Shown one piece after another: positions 37,701 through 50,100 of a stretch of DNA of 64,000 nucleotides. The stretch covers positions 83,514,001-83,578,000 of the forward strand of contig OZ296650.1 in assembly GCA_965655095.1 (NCBI GenBank). The letters are read 5' to 3'. The translations under genes were made by a program, and so were the position numbers. This stretch comes from Haplodiscus bocki (lineage: Eukaryota). A model generated the notes under the pieces. The model worked only from the letters and a program-made list of their open reading frames with translations. It was not told the DNA's origin and did no database searches. Numbering within the stretch: position 1 is the first letter of the stretch; each line of letters starts with the position of its first letter.

Positions 37701-39010
37701 AGTTGTTAGTGGTGAAACCGTACATGTCAGAAAAAGTGTTAGGCCGCACCTGACCGAGTTGTTCCCTTGCAAAATGCCATATAAACAGGAATGACTTTCA
37801 GGCTGGAACAAAAAATGGAGGTCTTTTTGTAAATGTGCAATGTGATTTTGAAAAGACAGGCGATATTTGACAAAACTTTGCAGTTTGTCCTCCAAATTTC
37901 AAGAAAAAAAATGTTGGCAGATATGATAGTGGTGCGCTGGTGAAAAAAACTGAGAATCAAGGACTTTTTAACCAATCCGTAAAAATGCTAAGCTCAATTT
38001 TTTAAAAAAAATGGAACAATCATTACACTGCTTTTGCTTTCTTTTTTGGATTCCAGGTTGGTTTGCAAAAAATTCATCTATTTGTGCAGTACACTTCAAG
38101 AAATTGTTTAAAAAACTTGCTCAATATATATGAAACGCTTGACGAGAAAAACACAACAGTCCAAAATCTAGTGTGGTGGCTGCCACAATGGAATTATTAG
38201 CTAACAGTTATCAGGGTTACGAGTATGTGGACTAGACTCTACATAGAGTAAAACAGAATCACAACATTCAAAACACGCAGAGTTCTATCAAACACAGATT
38301 GTTCAAGCACGTGAGATTAACAGAAGATCATTTTTAAAGGTAGATCTTTTCATATCGAAAGTTGAACGCAACGAACCAGTAATCAATTGTTTTTTCTCTG
38401 CTTTGTTCATTATTGAAAAAAGTACATTTTTTTACAGATTTTTGATAACTGTTGCGGTTTTGCAAGAAATAAAGACATGGTGATGAACACTCAGGGGCTC
38501 CAACTAGCATTACTTGAACAAAACATGTATGACTGTATCCATGCAACAATTATAGATTGAACGAGAACGAACATCTTTCCGTAACGGAGATTTTTGGATA
38601 CCTTTTTTGCGAATAATACAAGCATTTTCTGTCCTCGTACTCGCTGGAGCAAGAAAAACAAACACAAAAAGCGAGAACCTGCTAAATCTGAGGAGAAAAT
38701 TCCCTGCTCTGGATTGATTTGACTATGTAGCAAAACATTTTTTTGTTATGATTCTCTGACAGCTTAAATTCAAATCTAGCAACAAAGGCTGATAAAAAGA
38801 ACCTTTTTAGACTGTAATGATGATTCTTTGTCCAAAAACAGGAATACATTGGAAACAAATTGAATATAACTTCCACCTAAAGAAGTTTACGCACAATACA
38901 TTATGCTGTCTCAATACATGAGCAAGCAACGATAGGTTTGCCTAATTTTATTCGGGCGAAACTTTCAGGAAGATGGAGAAGGCACACTTCCTTTTTTATA
39001 TTTTTAAAGT
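34780..39010 (+). pseudogene. polB: Protein-primed family B DNA polymerase relic with N-terminal zinc fingers
   Basis: Zn-finger VTCESCG...LYCPK...HHFVKKH; ExoII SDFNTAEND; FKFGDVQLPD; ExoIII RYNDKDV; motif A ATDPGQF.P (D..SLYP); motif B MELLANSYQGY (K...NS.YG); motif C MNTQGL (DTDS); C-terminal KREPA..EE..C.G.I.LCSKT. Confidence 0.9.
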
Positions 39011-41119
39011 CAGTTTAGAAGTTTGTTTCTGTGCTTTTGAGTTAAATACAGTATTTATTTCGGTGCTTTCTTACATCCTAAGTTTAGTTCACAACTTTAT
39101 AATAAACATTTTTACAAAGCAACATCTCACAGTTTTTACAAATGCTACAAAAAACAGTATGTGTAGAAATTAGTCCACGGGCTTATCATATATTCCCTGG
39201 CTGCTAATTGTTTTCCTGCGCCATAAGAAACAACTGCCTGGTGGTGGGCAACCTGAAAGAAATTGACAAAAAAAGTGGAAAAAATCTCACAGTGCTGTAA
39301 ATGAGTCTCATTGAACCCGACATTCTATCTTTACACAATGGAAAACGCTAAACTGATTGCTTATCTTTATGCATGGCCATCTTTTGTATGACTGGAGTTT
39401 CGTCTTGGCTATACGCTATCCTACTTTTTTACCCATTTAATTTTTGTAAAAGGCTGACAGTTCCGCTCAGTACGGGGGCCTGCTGTCGAGGGAATTGCGC
39501 GCCGAGTTCAGTTGGATCAGTTGTTTCAGTAGCTGTGTTAACGAATATTTTGAACATTCAGTGGTTTCCACTTTGCCTTGTTTTTTTCCTTGAGTGAGTC
39601 AATCGACACTCGGTTGATGGGTGCTTTTACTTTCGCCAAATCATGCGTCGCGGTAGCATCAACAGTATTTTCAGCGTTCGCTGACATTTTCAGACGCAAA
39701 TTTTGACTGTATGTTTTGCCCTTCTTAAGGGTTCGCTGCTGAAAAGAAATGCTCATGCAGTCAATGAAAAGACTGAATCTATACTCTAGCACTCATGGTC
39801 TAAACGAGGCATTAAAGATCGGTTCCATGAACAAACGTGTAAATCGGATGTAAAGTGATGTCTGCGTTACGCAAAGTTTTGCACACTCTCCAAAGAACTC
39901 TCTTCGTTGCGTGCGTCAGTTTTAATTGAAAGATGAGGTTTTTCCTCGAGTATGGACTTGAACCGGCCCTTGACTGATGGTATGGCTCAATTTTTATTTT
40001 CGTTGAACTCTTTTTGACTCTTTGCCATTGGCCATAATTTATTAGTTAAGGTGTAATAAGAATGACATCGAGAATTGTCTGTCTGTTTGGTCGCAGGGTT
40101 TGATTAATTTACGCAGACATCGGAAAATGTCTGTACTGTGATGCATCAAATTGTTCGGGGTTGGACTGTAATTTCTAATGGTTCTGTGCGTCTGGTAGGT
40201 CAAAAAATGACTTATGAGGTGCTATATCGGCTTTTAACATTTTCAACGATAATCAGAAATGGCAAAACATCTGTGTTAGCACTATTAGATAAAAGTTTAT
40301 ATTCCAGTTTTGAAAAAAAATGAGTTGGATATTACTCAATCAGTATAGTGCTCTGACATCGGAAGAATCTGATATTTGTGCAAATCCCACCGTCTAACAG
40401 CATTCCATGTCTCATACTTTAACCTTATTTACTCTTATGCGTGTTACATTCAAGATTGGAAGGTTAGTTTAGGGACGTTTCTCAACGTTTTCCATCTAGA
40501 GAGGATGTAAGCCGATGTGTTTCTATACTTTCTCTCAAGCCACGTAATCTATTCTGCTTGAGTGCAATTGATTTTTAATGAGTGTTTTTTTCTCGTTTTG
40601 AGAGTTCCCATGTCTTTTTGACCGCAAAATGGATTGCAAGATGGAAAACTTCCGCAAAAATATCTTCCGACGTATTGCAGATTCAGCTCATTGTCTGATA
40701 TAGAGTCTAGTTAGTGGATTTACTACATTACAGAGAGTACTTGTATTGTTGGGAGTTTCCGGCTGAAGCCAACTGGTTCTTGTTTTTTTCCAATAATGTA
40801 TTTTCAAGTTTCAGCTTCAGTCAGAATCTGGCGTCAATGTTTCATGGTTATTTTCCGCTGTTGGTTTCAGTCTATATGAAACTGCTACTTCATAAAATGC
40901 TCTGCAATACTTGATTTTGAATGCTACATAGTGTATTTTATAAAATATAATGGCGTTGATATCAAGGGAGAGGGGAAGTATAATGAATTGGTTGCATTTA
41001 TACGTATATGCCTTTTTTGGCTAGATAATTTGCATTAGGATCTTATTTGCTAAAGTAGCTTCAAACATATAGAACTTAGACGTAGTTTTAAGGAAATGTA
41101 GATAACTCAGTATTTCCCC

Positions 41120-41215
41120 CATGCGGCCATGGCAATGACCCAACTCAGGTTCGGTTCCATGGTCTATAACCTATCAAAATACATGCAGGGTCACCAATCC
41201 CACTCTCTTACTATT
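41120..41215 (-). repeat. Right TIR of Polinton 1
   Basis: Reverse complement: aatagtaagagagtgggattggtgaccctgcatgt...tagacc...gagttgggtcatt. Confidence 0.8.
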
Positions 41216-42534
41216 TATAAGCAGTATATAGGTTGCTATCATATATGTTCAGTAAAACTAAAACCATGGTATTAGCTTTTGATGCAATTGTCGGCAAAAA
41301 CAACACCTGCTAGATAAATTTGTTGTTCATCCAGAAAAGTAAAAAAAATCGCTCCTTCTCGAGTTGAATAAGCCATTGAAACATTAAAAATAAAAGATGT
41401 TGAAAAAAAAGCTGTTGTTGCTTTTGTTTGGGCGTTTCATTGGTATCAATTTGCATTTTCAGCAAGAAGTTTGATATGGAGAGCAAAAATGTGAAAATTC
41501 CGGGAAAATCGTAAAGTTAGCTATGTTCAGCTCAAGTTCTGGAAAATCAAACATTGGTATTTCCTTTAAGTGACCTAGCTGGCTTTCAATATTATGTTTG
41601 ATATCTTCAAAAATTATCAACTATTGATTGTAATACTTTTTCGAGCATCTTCAGGTCGAGTTGTTTATAAATCGAGGTTGAGATACAAAAAAAAATCATT
41701 TTGAAAGGTGCAGCATCAAACAAACGGCAAAACAGGTGTAATGAGCAAACCAAAAAAGACACCATTAAGTCATCCGGAGTACGGTATCATCAACAAAACG
41801 CCCAATTTTTAAAGACGGCTCCATTGAATCTGCAGAGCTGACACATTTGGCTGTTGTTAATAACGATCTGACAAAAAGATGTATTTTGCACCTCATATAT
41901 TGTGAAGGTCCAAAAAAAACATTTACTTTTGACCTCTTTGGACGATAAAAAAACGATAACCGAGAGTTTGACAGGTCAAATGGAATTATTACAAGATTGA
42001 TTGAAACAAGATATAACACACTTTCTGGCTCTCTTCAACTCGTATAGGGAAGTCTTTGATTGATTTTTTGTTAGTTTGTCTTTCTCTTTACTCACTGATG
42101 AAACAACTGTAATGCGTTCTACTGAGCATGATGTGTACTTCGTCCATTTATTGGTTGAAATGTATCAGAAGTCATCTCTTATGGTTATCGCCTAAATAGC
42201 TGATAATGTTGAGCCCAATATACCGATTCAATTACCCAATTGCAACCTGCTTCCATACGATTTCACTAGATGGTCATTTTGTCTGAATTATTTTCCGTAT
42301 TACTCGAAAAAGAATCCTTTCGCAGGAAAAACACAAATCCCAATCCAATTTGCTGAACCATTTGTTTTGACCGAAAAAAATACCGATGATCGATACCTAG
42401 GGTTTCTCCGTGCTGAGATGAAAAAAAAAATCTCTTCCATTGTCAATTCGATTACAAAAGCTCCATCTATCAGCTGTTCGATGGAACTGCTACTATATAT
42501 ATTTTCAAAGTTGAACCCTTAAAAAATATTTCTT

Positions 42535-44100
42535 GAAAAGTGCCGGTGTCAATAAAAGCAATCTCTTTGAAACATGTTTTGTGAAATCTTTTGATGTTAG
42601 AGAGGAACAATTCACGTGGGGTCCTTTTTCACACTGAAAAAGATTGAATGAAATTGAAGATGGTTACAAAAACAAAACGTTGCGTGTTGAACAGGAAAGT
42701 TTACAAGTACATAGCCGCAGAAAAGACAGAAAAACAGCATTAATTGCAACTAATTGGACTGCGAACGTTTTTTTGTCCGTTTGGCTAGCAATGACATGAA
42801 TGAATTAAGCAAGAACATATTCCGAAAAACTTGAAACTGATGTTGTTCCTAGAAATTATTTTAAAAAATTTGCCATTTTAAAAGGATTAATTCCATATTC
42901 ATGGAAAGATTGCTCGCCCAACTTTTGTGTTTTCCTGGCATCATAGTAAATTTTCGTAAGTATACTCATTGTTTTGAAAATTTCTCCATTTCTGCAAATA
43001 GTAATATCAAAATTTGATGCTGTTATCAAATAACCAGTTTTCGAGTGCACCATACTCCCGAATTGTTTTCCCCTTGCTGCTATATCTGAATTTTAAGCAA
43101 CACAAACTCATTCTTCACCCAGTAAAAAGTCTTCAGATTGAACATTTTTGAAAAATACGGCTGAAGTCTGATGGTCGAAGCAGTGCTTCTGGCGTGCATT
43201 ATTTTGAGTTAGGAACTAAAAGTTGACATGGAAGATTATTTTGATTGTTAGGTCGATTATTGTTTCCAAGCTTGTTGATGGGAGATTCTTAGAAGGTTTT
43301 GCTGATTTCCTTTAGGTCATTCGTAATCTTTGACGTTTCTTGTTGGAACTTGTTTTGGGCTTTGGTTAATTCTTCGAGTCTTCGAGTCCGGCAAAGAAAT
43401 CTTTTGATGACGCACCTCGAATTTCATTGAATGCTTTGTCATCATCTTCGTGATAAAACCGATCTACTAGCATTCGATTAGCTGTTTAGGCACTTAAGTC
43501 ATCGATTGTTGCGTCATCTGGCTATGTGAGGAGAAATGTTTTAAATTTCAATGGCGTTCCGTTGATGAGTGCTTCGCGAACTCGGCGGTTTCTTTCCTGT
43601 TCTCTGTTTTCTGCAAGCACTGCTGGGCAATCTCCAGCTGCTCGTGCCTCTATATTGGGGTATGCTTCAACTGCCAGACGATGCAAGTCAGTAAGAAAAA
43701 CCTAAGCACTTTCATCTGAGGTTGTCATCTTTCGAGACTGGAAGAGTAGTTTCTGCAAATGTACACGTTGATCAATTCTGTAGCGTTTGCGGTTTTTGGT
43801 CAAACTATGTGAGTGCACCTCCTTTGAGGTGGAGTTATAGATATGTATGGTGGTCTGCATTAGCAATTCTAGCAACGTGAATCAATTAGTTATTTGTCGT
43901 ATGAAATCTTCAAGATTTCTTTTTCAGTACCTTTAAAAAGCTGTAAACTCACAAATGATTGTATGGCGGCCGTGAATTCAATTGAAGGAGAAAATTGAAG
44001 GTAAAGATGAAAAAATATGAGTTAGAATTGTGTGACTGTGACAATGGCAAGTGTTCGTGGTTTCTGATGTTGACTAGTTAAGAGGAGAAGGGATTCTTGT
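42535..44100 (-). pseudogene. gag: Gypsy gag (and possible protease) relic
   Basis: FKGTEKRNLEDFIRQI, LHLKGGAL, RKMTTSDESA.VFLTDLHRLAVEAYP (Q...ES...F...L..LA..A.P), RVREALING; IAFIDTG at ~42542-42563. Confidence 0.65.
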
Positions 44101-44277
44101 CATTATGTAATGTCATAGCTTGGAGCGGTCGGCAAGGCAGTTTTTTTATACAATTCAGTAATCATTTGTGATGCTTTCAGTTTTAATATTAGTGTATTTT
44201 TAGATGCCGCTGTGGATTAGAAGAGTCTGATCTAGAAAGTTAACTCAAAGAAAAGAGATTGTTGAAGACTAAATTAG

Positions 44278-44541
44278 TTTTATGATATAAAGGCGAAAAG
44301 AGTATTGAGCATATCTCAATTATTGAAGATATAAGTGAAGTACACCTGAAGTACCACTAGACTGGTTACAAAGTTAATTATGCGGCTTGTGTCGTTTCGG
44401 AATTGTTGTTTTTACTATTTGATTCCTTGGTGATCTGGCTGCCTCTCATTGGCCCATGACTGTGATTGGTCCTCGTCTTCTTTGGACTAGGTAGTTCATC
44501 TAATGCTGTTGCTTCAAAATATCATGATGGATATCATGACA
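44278..44541 (-). repeat. Possible short LTR upstream of the minus-strand gag
   Basis: Minus strand starts TGTCATGATAT and ends ATATCATAAAA (imperfect inverted termini); contains two CCAAT boxes. Confidence 0.35.
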
Positions 44542-47500
44542 CCAACATACTTACACAAAACAAGAGTAGAATTGGTAAAATTGGCTGGAGTTTAAACCAA
44601 ACTTTCATGCGTCCAGTAACTGACAGCTAACGAGGCTATTGCAAATTCGCGGAGAAAAAGAATATCCGCAGATTGAGTTTAAAATTAGTCCTATGTAATA
44701 GAATACAACGAAAAGCAAATAAGTGTTCTTTATCCGCAGTGTCAGAATCGTATATAAAAAATAGGTCCTTGGTAAACCTCGAACATTGAAGGATTGTTAG
44801 TTACCATCAGTGCCGTGAGTAAAATTCAGAGTTTGTTTTGGAACTCGATGACAAAATAGCGGATACGGGTTCCATCAGATAGATTCTATAGCAACATAGT
44901 TTTTAATTTAGTTCAAGGTCCACTAAATCCGGAAAGAGAAATTGAGAAAGTTTTTTGACAAAACGGATATTGGCATTCTGAAGCACTTCTCCACGAAAAA
45001 ATAAGCGCAGAAATCCATTCCATTAGATTTTTTTTCGACTGTTGGTAGCCTCGATTAAAGACAAAAGACCATTGAATGTGTGAATATTGGGGAAGAGTGT
45101 TCCGAAAGCCGAACACAGTCTGAACATCTCTACAGCTTAGGCATTTAGGGAAATTTTTCTCGCAACAGGTCAAGGAAAATAATAACTACTGCTACCCGAG
45201 GAACTTTCACTAGACAGTTGGAGACTCTCCAATAAAATTTGACTAATGTTCGATGATGCTCAACCATCAGAAAGAACGTTTTTCGGTTTGACAGACCAAT
45301 GTTGGCTTCGAATAGTAAATCAAAAAAAACAATCCGCCGCAAAAGCAAACCTGTGTAGATGTATTAATGAAACCTCTTGCTTATGTGAAACTCACACGTC
45401 GGGAAGCAAACATGAAAAACTTGATTTTCTTCGAATTTTGAGCATTAAAAAACAACTGGAGTTGCTCTTCAGGGGTTTTTTTGACTCGGCATATTGCATG
45501 GTTCACAAGCCACATATCAGCTGCATGTAGGCTCAAAATGTGTCGAAAAAGAATATTGGAAAATGTGATAGAGAAAGTGTGAAGAGGTGCCACTTCCACG
45601 GAGTTTTCAAGTAAAAGCTCGTATTCTTTTTGCGGATCGAAAACTTCGAAGTTTACAACGAGATAATTCTTCAGCGCAATTCCCTGCTTATTTTCCCGGT
45701 AGATCACGGAGCCTCCCATGAATGCCTCTATGTAAGTTTTTTATGGCAATGATTCGCAAAAACTGCTGAAACTTGATATTTCGCACAAAAACACATTATT
45801 GTGCTAAAATTTTTAAGATCGAAATCCATCGCTGCTACTTCTCAGTTAAGTTTTGGTTGGGCGAAATAACTGGTGCCACCGAACGTTTGGCATTGCAGTG
45901 GATTAAATACTTTATCGGAAGGGACCGGTAATGAGCTTCAATCGAAATCCTTAGAGCGTTGACCAGAATAGTCTAAAAGTCGATTACCCTCAAACAGAAC
46001 AAATTCCCAGAATTTAGCAAAAAAAAATTTTTTCAACAAAAACGTTCTGGGAAACTCGAGTCAAAAAGCGGTGAACCTAAAAATTATTCTGCATTGACCT
46101 ATGAAACCACGAATGTATGTTTGCTTCTGATTTCTTAAAAATGCTCTTCATGGAATAAGTATAAAGAAGTGGTTTTCACAAACACTTGCAAAAAAAGATT
46201 TAGGCTTATACTTTACACTAAAAGCTACGTCTTTAATTTGCCGAATTTTTCAAAGAAAACCTTTAGACTGAGGTTTTTGGAGGTTCGGAGATACAACGAT
46301 TTGAAAAACAAGGTCACCTAACACAATGAATTGAAAAAACATGGACAGTAAGCATCTTAACACACAGGCTTCGAGCAGTGAATCACATAAAGAGGCAGCA
46401 CCAAAAAAATAGCTCAGTCCCAATTGAACAAAGCTCCTGCATTAATATCTATGCGGGAAATTAACGTTTGAAACAGCAATTTGGAGACAAGGCCCATTTG
46501 CATGTAATTTCTCAAAAGTTCACTATGGTTGCCTTCCGCTCCAACATTAGTTTTTCCAGCGAGCATTTGGTACCCATGGCCAATTGACACACCAGCTGAG
46601 AAGACAGATTGAGCTTACACACCAAAGTAGTCTCACACACTTTAACTTGAAATGAAATATGCTTTGATAGTAATTGATGGAGGCTTTTGTTTCGGCCAGT
46701 AACTCCCGTGTAGAAATTCAAACAAAAACATGAATTCAATGCTGCTTAAAAAGTCAATGAATATCACCGTGGCAGTCTCCAAGTAAATGCATTGATTGCA
46801 CTCATAAGAACTAGTCACGGATAATAGTAGGTAGCAAGAACTCAGACAACTGAAGTTTGAGAATTTTTTTGCGATACCCCCAATAATTAAACATGCAACC
46901 ATGAGACTCAATAGTCATTATACACTTTTTGAGCTTACTACCATAAACCCAGAAGAGGAGCCCATGACACTCCCAAATAGGTTATTGATTGTTTTGCGTT
47001 AAGTTTCATAGTTGATTTCCGACATCAGGAGCACGGTAAAACTATAAGTTGAGATAAAAAGGAAAAAAATGATTGGAATTTTCATGTTTCGGCCGATAAC
47101 TTAGTCATGAAGAATATTTTCGGGAAATGTTTTTCACCAGTTAATAGTCCTTTGGAAGTTTTGATTGGAAAACTGAAAACCATTCTTATTCAGCTGTCAT
47201 GATTGTGAAAAGTTGTAGGCCTTCATCTGTGAACTTTCAGCAAAAAGTCACTCAAATGAAGAATAGGTTCGATCGAGAACGCCACCAATTGGGCATTCCC
47301 GATTCATCCGAAGCCCTGAAAAAAAAGCCAAATAGCAGTATATATTATGCAGACTGAGAATTTGCGAATGCCCTCATAGGCCAATCAAACTGAATCTCAT
47401 CTTTTTCATGCCTTTCCGTTTTCTCACACCCTTAAAATTTTTTTGCTCAATTGGATGTTTGCCGAACGCTGAGCCTCCGTTTTTGATTGAGCCCAGCATG

Positions 47501-47739
47501 AAAAAAATAGTATAGAAGAATTACTATTAGTATGGAAAACTAGTATAGAAGAATCATTATACAATAGTTAGGACGACCTACTAAAATTTTCCAAAAAAAA
47601 TAAATGGTTTTGGTCGGAGAAAAATCGGGAAGAGTGTTAGCCGTTTGAAAAACTGTAGCCAATTGAAAATAAATGTCTTGTGAAGAAAATGCGAATCTGC
47701 TTGAAACACCTCACAAAACATCAATGCTGTTAGAAAAAT

Positions 47740-48510
47740 CCCTAGTTGAGAAAAAATACAACTTACAAAATTATTGCATAAACTTTTGCAAGATCTTGCA
47801 AGAGAATGCATTATTATTGACAAACTTTTGCAATATATGTTTGAATCTTAGAAAATTTTTGCAAAAAACATACCACTCTTGCAAAATTTTTGCAAGAGTT
47901 GTATTCAGTTTGGTCGAATCTGGGTCACAATGTTTTTGTTATTGCGCTAAAAGAATCAGGTACCTTCGTTTCTATGTTTCGTGTTTCCCTCTGCAAAATT
48001 GTAGAAGGAATCTCACAGCCGATTCAGAATTAAGCTGTTCGCGTCGGTTTAGAAATCGACAAAAATGATCTTATGCAAACATTGTTTCATTTTGTATTGC
48101 TTTTCAGACAAATTAAGACATTACAAAACATATTATCTCAGAAAATTCCTTATCCCTGATGCTTTTAAACATGTTCAATTACAAAATACGTTCAACCGGT
48201 GTAAAGTTCATCAAATTTTACCTCTAACGGTTGATATTGCTTGCTTTTTGGTGAAATGCATAAATTATCAGAACGTAATGTGTTTAACGATAACTTATTT
48301 CTTGCAAGATCTTGCAAGATTCTTACAAAAAATGTATTTTTTGCAACAAGCACAACTCTTGCAAAATTTTTGCAAGAAATGAGAAAGTGTTGCAAGATGG
48401 TTGCAAAAATTTTGCAAGATATATTTTTTACAAGAATTTTGCAAAAGTTGTATTGATTGCAAGAATGTTGCAAAATTTTTAGCAAAAAGTGTTTTTCTTG
48501 CGAACTAGAG
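47740..48510. mobile_element. Foldback/MITE-like element with TTGCAA palindrome-rich arms
   Basis: Left CCCTAGTTGAGAAAAAATAC vs reverse complement of right end CTCTAGTTCGCAAGAAAAACAC; arms built from CTTGCAAGATCTTGCAAG-type units. Confidence 0.65.
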
Positions 48511-49300
48511 TCCATAAATCTAGGCTATTTACTCAATTTTTATCAAACAAGTACGATTGTAATCTTTTTGAAAAAATCTGTTATAACTTTTTTTCTCAAT
48601 TTTCTTCTAACCTAAACCGCTACTGTGAGCATAAAACATTCAAGCGAACCGTTTTTTATTTGCTAACTTAATGTTCACTCAAATTTCAAATTTTTAATGA
48701 ATTTCTTTAGCTTAGTTAATTGACGTCAAAAAAGCAACGGAGTCGTCAACCAAACCAACCACTACTTGTGAGTCAAGGCAGTACATTCATTGTACCTCAA
48801 TAACAGCGATGGCTGGAACTACATTCAAGCTAGTTTCTAATCCAAAATTTTCATTAGGTGTAAGTAGAATGTTTTTGTAAGTTTCGCTTTTTTTGATCGC
48901 CAAGGTCTCTGCTTGCTTTTATTCGAGAGTACTTTTGGTCTCATTCATTACATGTGCTCGCTTTTTTGACGGAGTCTTCGAGCAGATTTCAAATTATCTT
49001 CTCTTTGGTTTCTTTGGCATGATCCTGTCACAGATTCTCTTTTCTATTTTAATCCATAATCTACCTGTTGGTGCATGCATTTTGATAATGATTCGATTTT
49101 AAGCTTTTTATAGACCTAATAAAATAATTTCTCACCACGTTTATAGACAGAAATGAAAATGTTCTTCTCAAAACTGAAGTGATTACACAAAAAATGAGTT
49201 TTTAATCTAATAGTTCATTATTAGTGATTGAATTTAAACTATTTTTCAAATCGATCAGACAAGTCTCGCAGATTTAACACATTTTTTAATTTTCGAAGTT

Positions 49301-49375
49301 GCGGTAACCAAAACTCAGTGGGTCGAACATACAATTCCGATGCGCCACTCTCAGGTTCAAGTCCGGGAAGATGCG
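49301..49375 (+). other. tRNA-derived (SINE head or tRNA pseudogene) sequence
   Basis: A-box-like aactcagtgggtcgaaca and B-box GGTTCAAGTCC (49354-49364) at tRNA-like spacing; no clean cloverleaf. Confidence 0.3.
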
Positions 49376-49829
49376 ATATGATTTACGGAAATCTCAGAGA
49401 AACTCCAATCTTTGAACCGACAGCCGGAAAAAAACATTGAACGTAGATACGACTTGTGAAAAGGTAGAGGCGAGTTTCTCGACCACAGTATCCGATCGAA
49501 AAAATCTTAAACCGAAAATTAATTACTCGGCTGAGCCGACAGTTATTTACAGGATATTGATTTACCTAAGCGAAATGAATTGATGATTTTTGATAATGTA
49601 GGCATTCACCTCTGGAGACCAGATATTATGGTGCTGTCCTTTCTTAAGTTTCGCAGGTTTCAAGTTCTATTTCAGCTTAATTCTGAATTCGTTCAACTCC
49701 GGGGAAAATTGTTTCTTCCGTCGTATTATACATTACGGAAGGAAAATCATTCTCTCAGTATGTAGACTATTTTCCTCCATATTTTCTCAATTCGGAGTAA
49801 AGGTTTTCTCGTTTCTCTAAACGAACAAA

Positions 49830-50100
49830 ACATTCTTCTGGACACTTAGAAGGCAGTTTTGACAACAATGCCGGAAACTTTTCGCTCGAAGTCCAAAAAA
49901 ATGAAAATATAATAAGTTTTCTTATTATTCCCCAAAATGACCACTTGGAAACGTAAAATGTAGATTTAAAAACGTAATGAAAACTTTTCGCTGAAAACTG
50001 GTACATTTTTTCGAAAGTTTTTTCTTGATACGTTTTTCTAGACACAAGCAATGCAGTTTTGACAGCTCTGCTGAAAATGTTTGGCTCCGAAGACAAAAAC
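49830..50100. repeat. ~100-bp minisatellite, 3 decayed copies
   Basis: Units ttct(g/a)gacac...gcagttttgaca...aaacttttcgct at ~49836, ~49945 and ~50036. Confidence 0.6.

Larger units (their letters stand above)
21843..41215. mobile_element. Full-length degenerate Polinton/Maverick (adintovirus-like endogenous dsDNA virus), ~19.4 kb
   Basis: Starts AGTAGT (21843), ends ACTATT (41210-41215); TIR similarity; 6-bp TSD TATAGG (21837-21842) / TATAAG (41216-41221); contains PRO, MCP, mCP, INT, ATPase and pPolB relics. Confidence 0.9.

Noticed and set aside
41765-42019. FVDD as a reverse-transcriptase active site
   Set aside because: None of the other RT motifs are present around it.
44080-44120. 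PPT plus TGTCAT as the start of a plus-strand 3' LTR
   Set aside because: It overlaps the start of the minus-strand gag relic, and no plus-strand pol lies upstream.
44600-47700. Decayed DNA transposase (P/hAT-like)
   Set aside because: Only vague peptide resemblance; no DDE motif or TIR could be identified.
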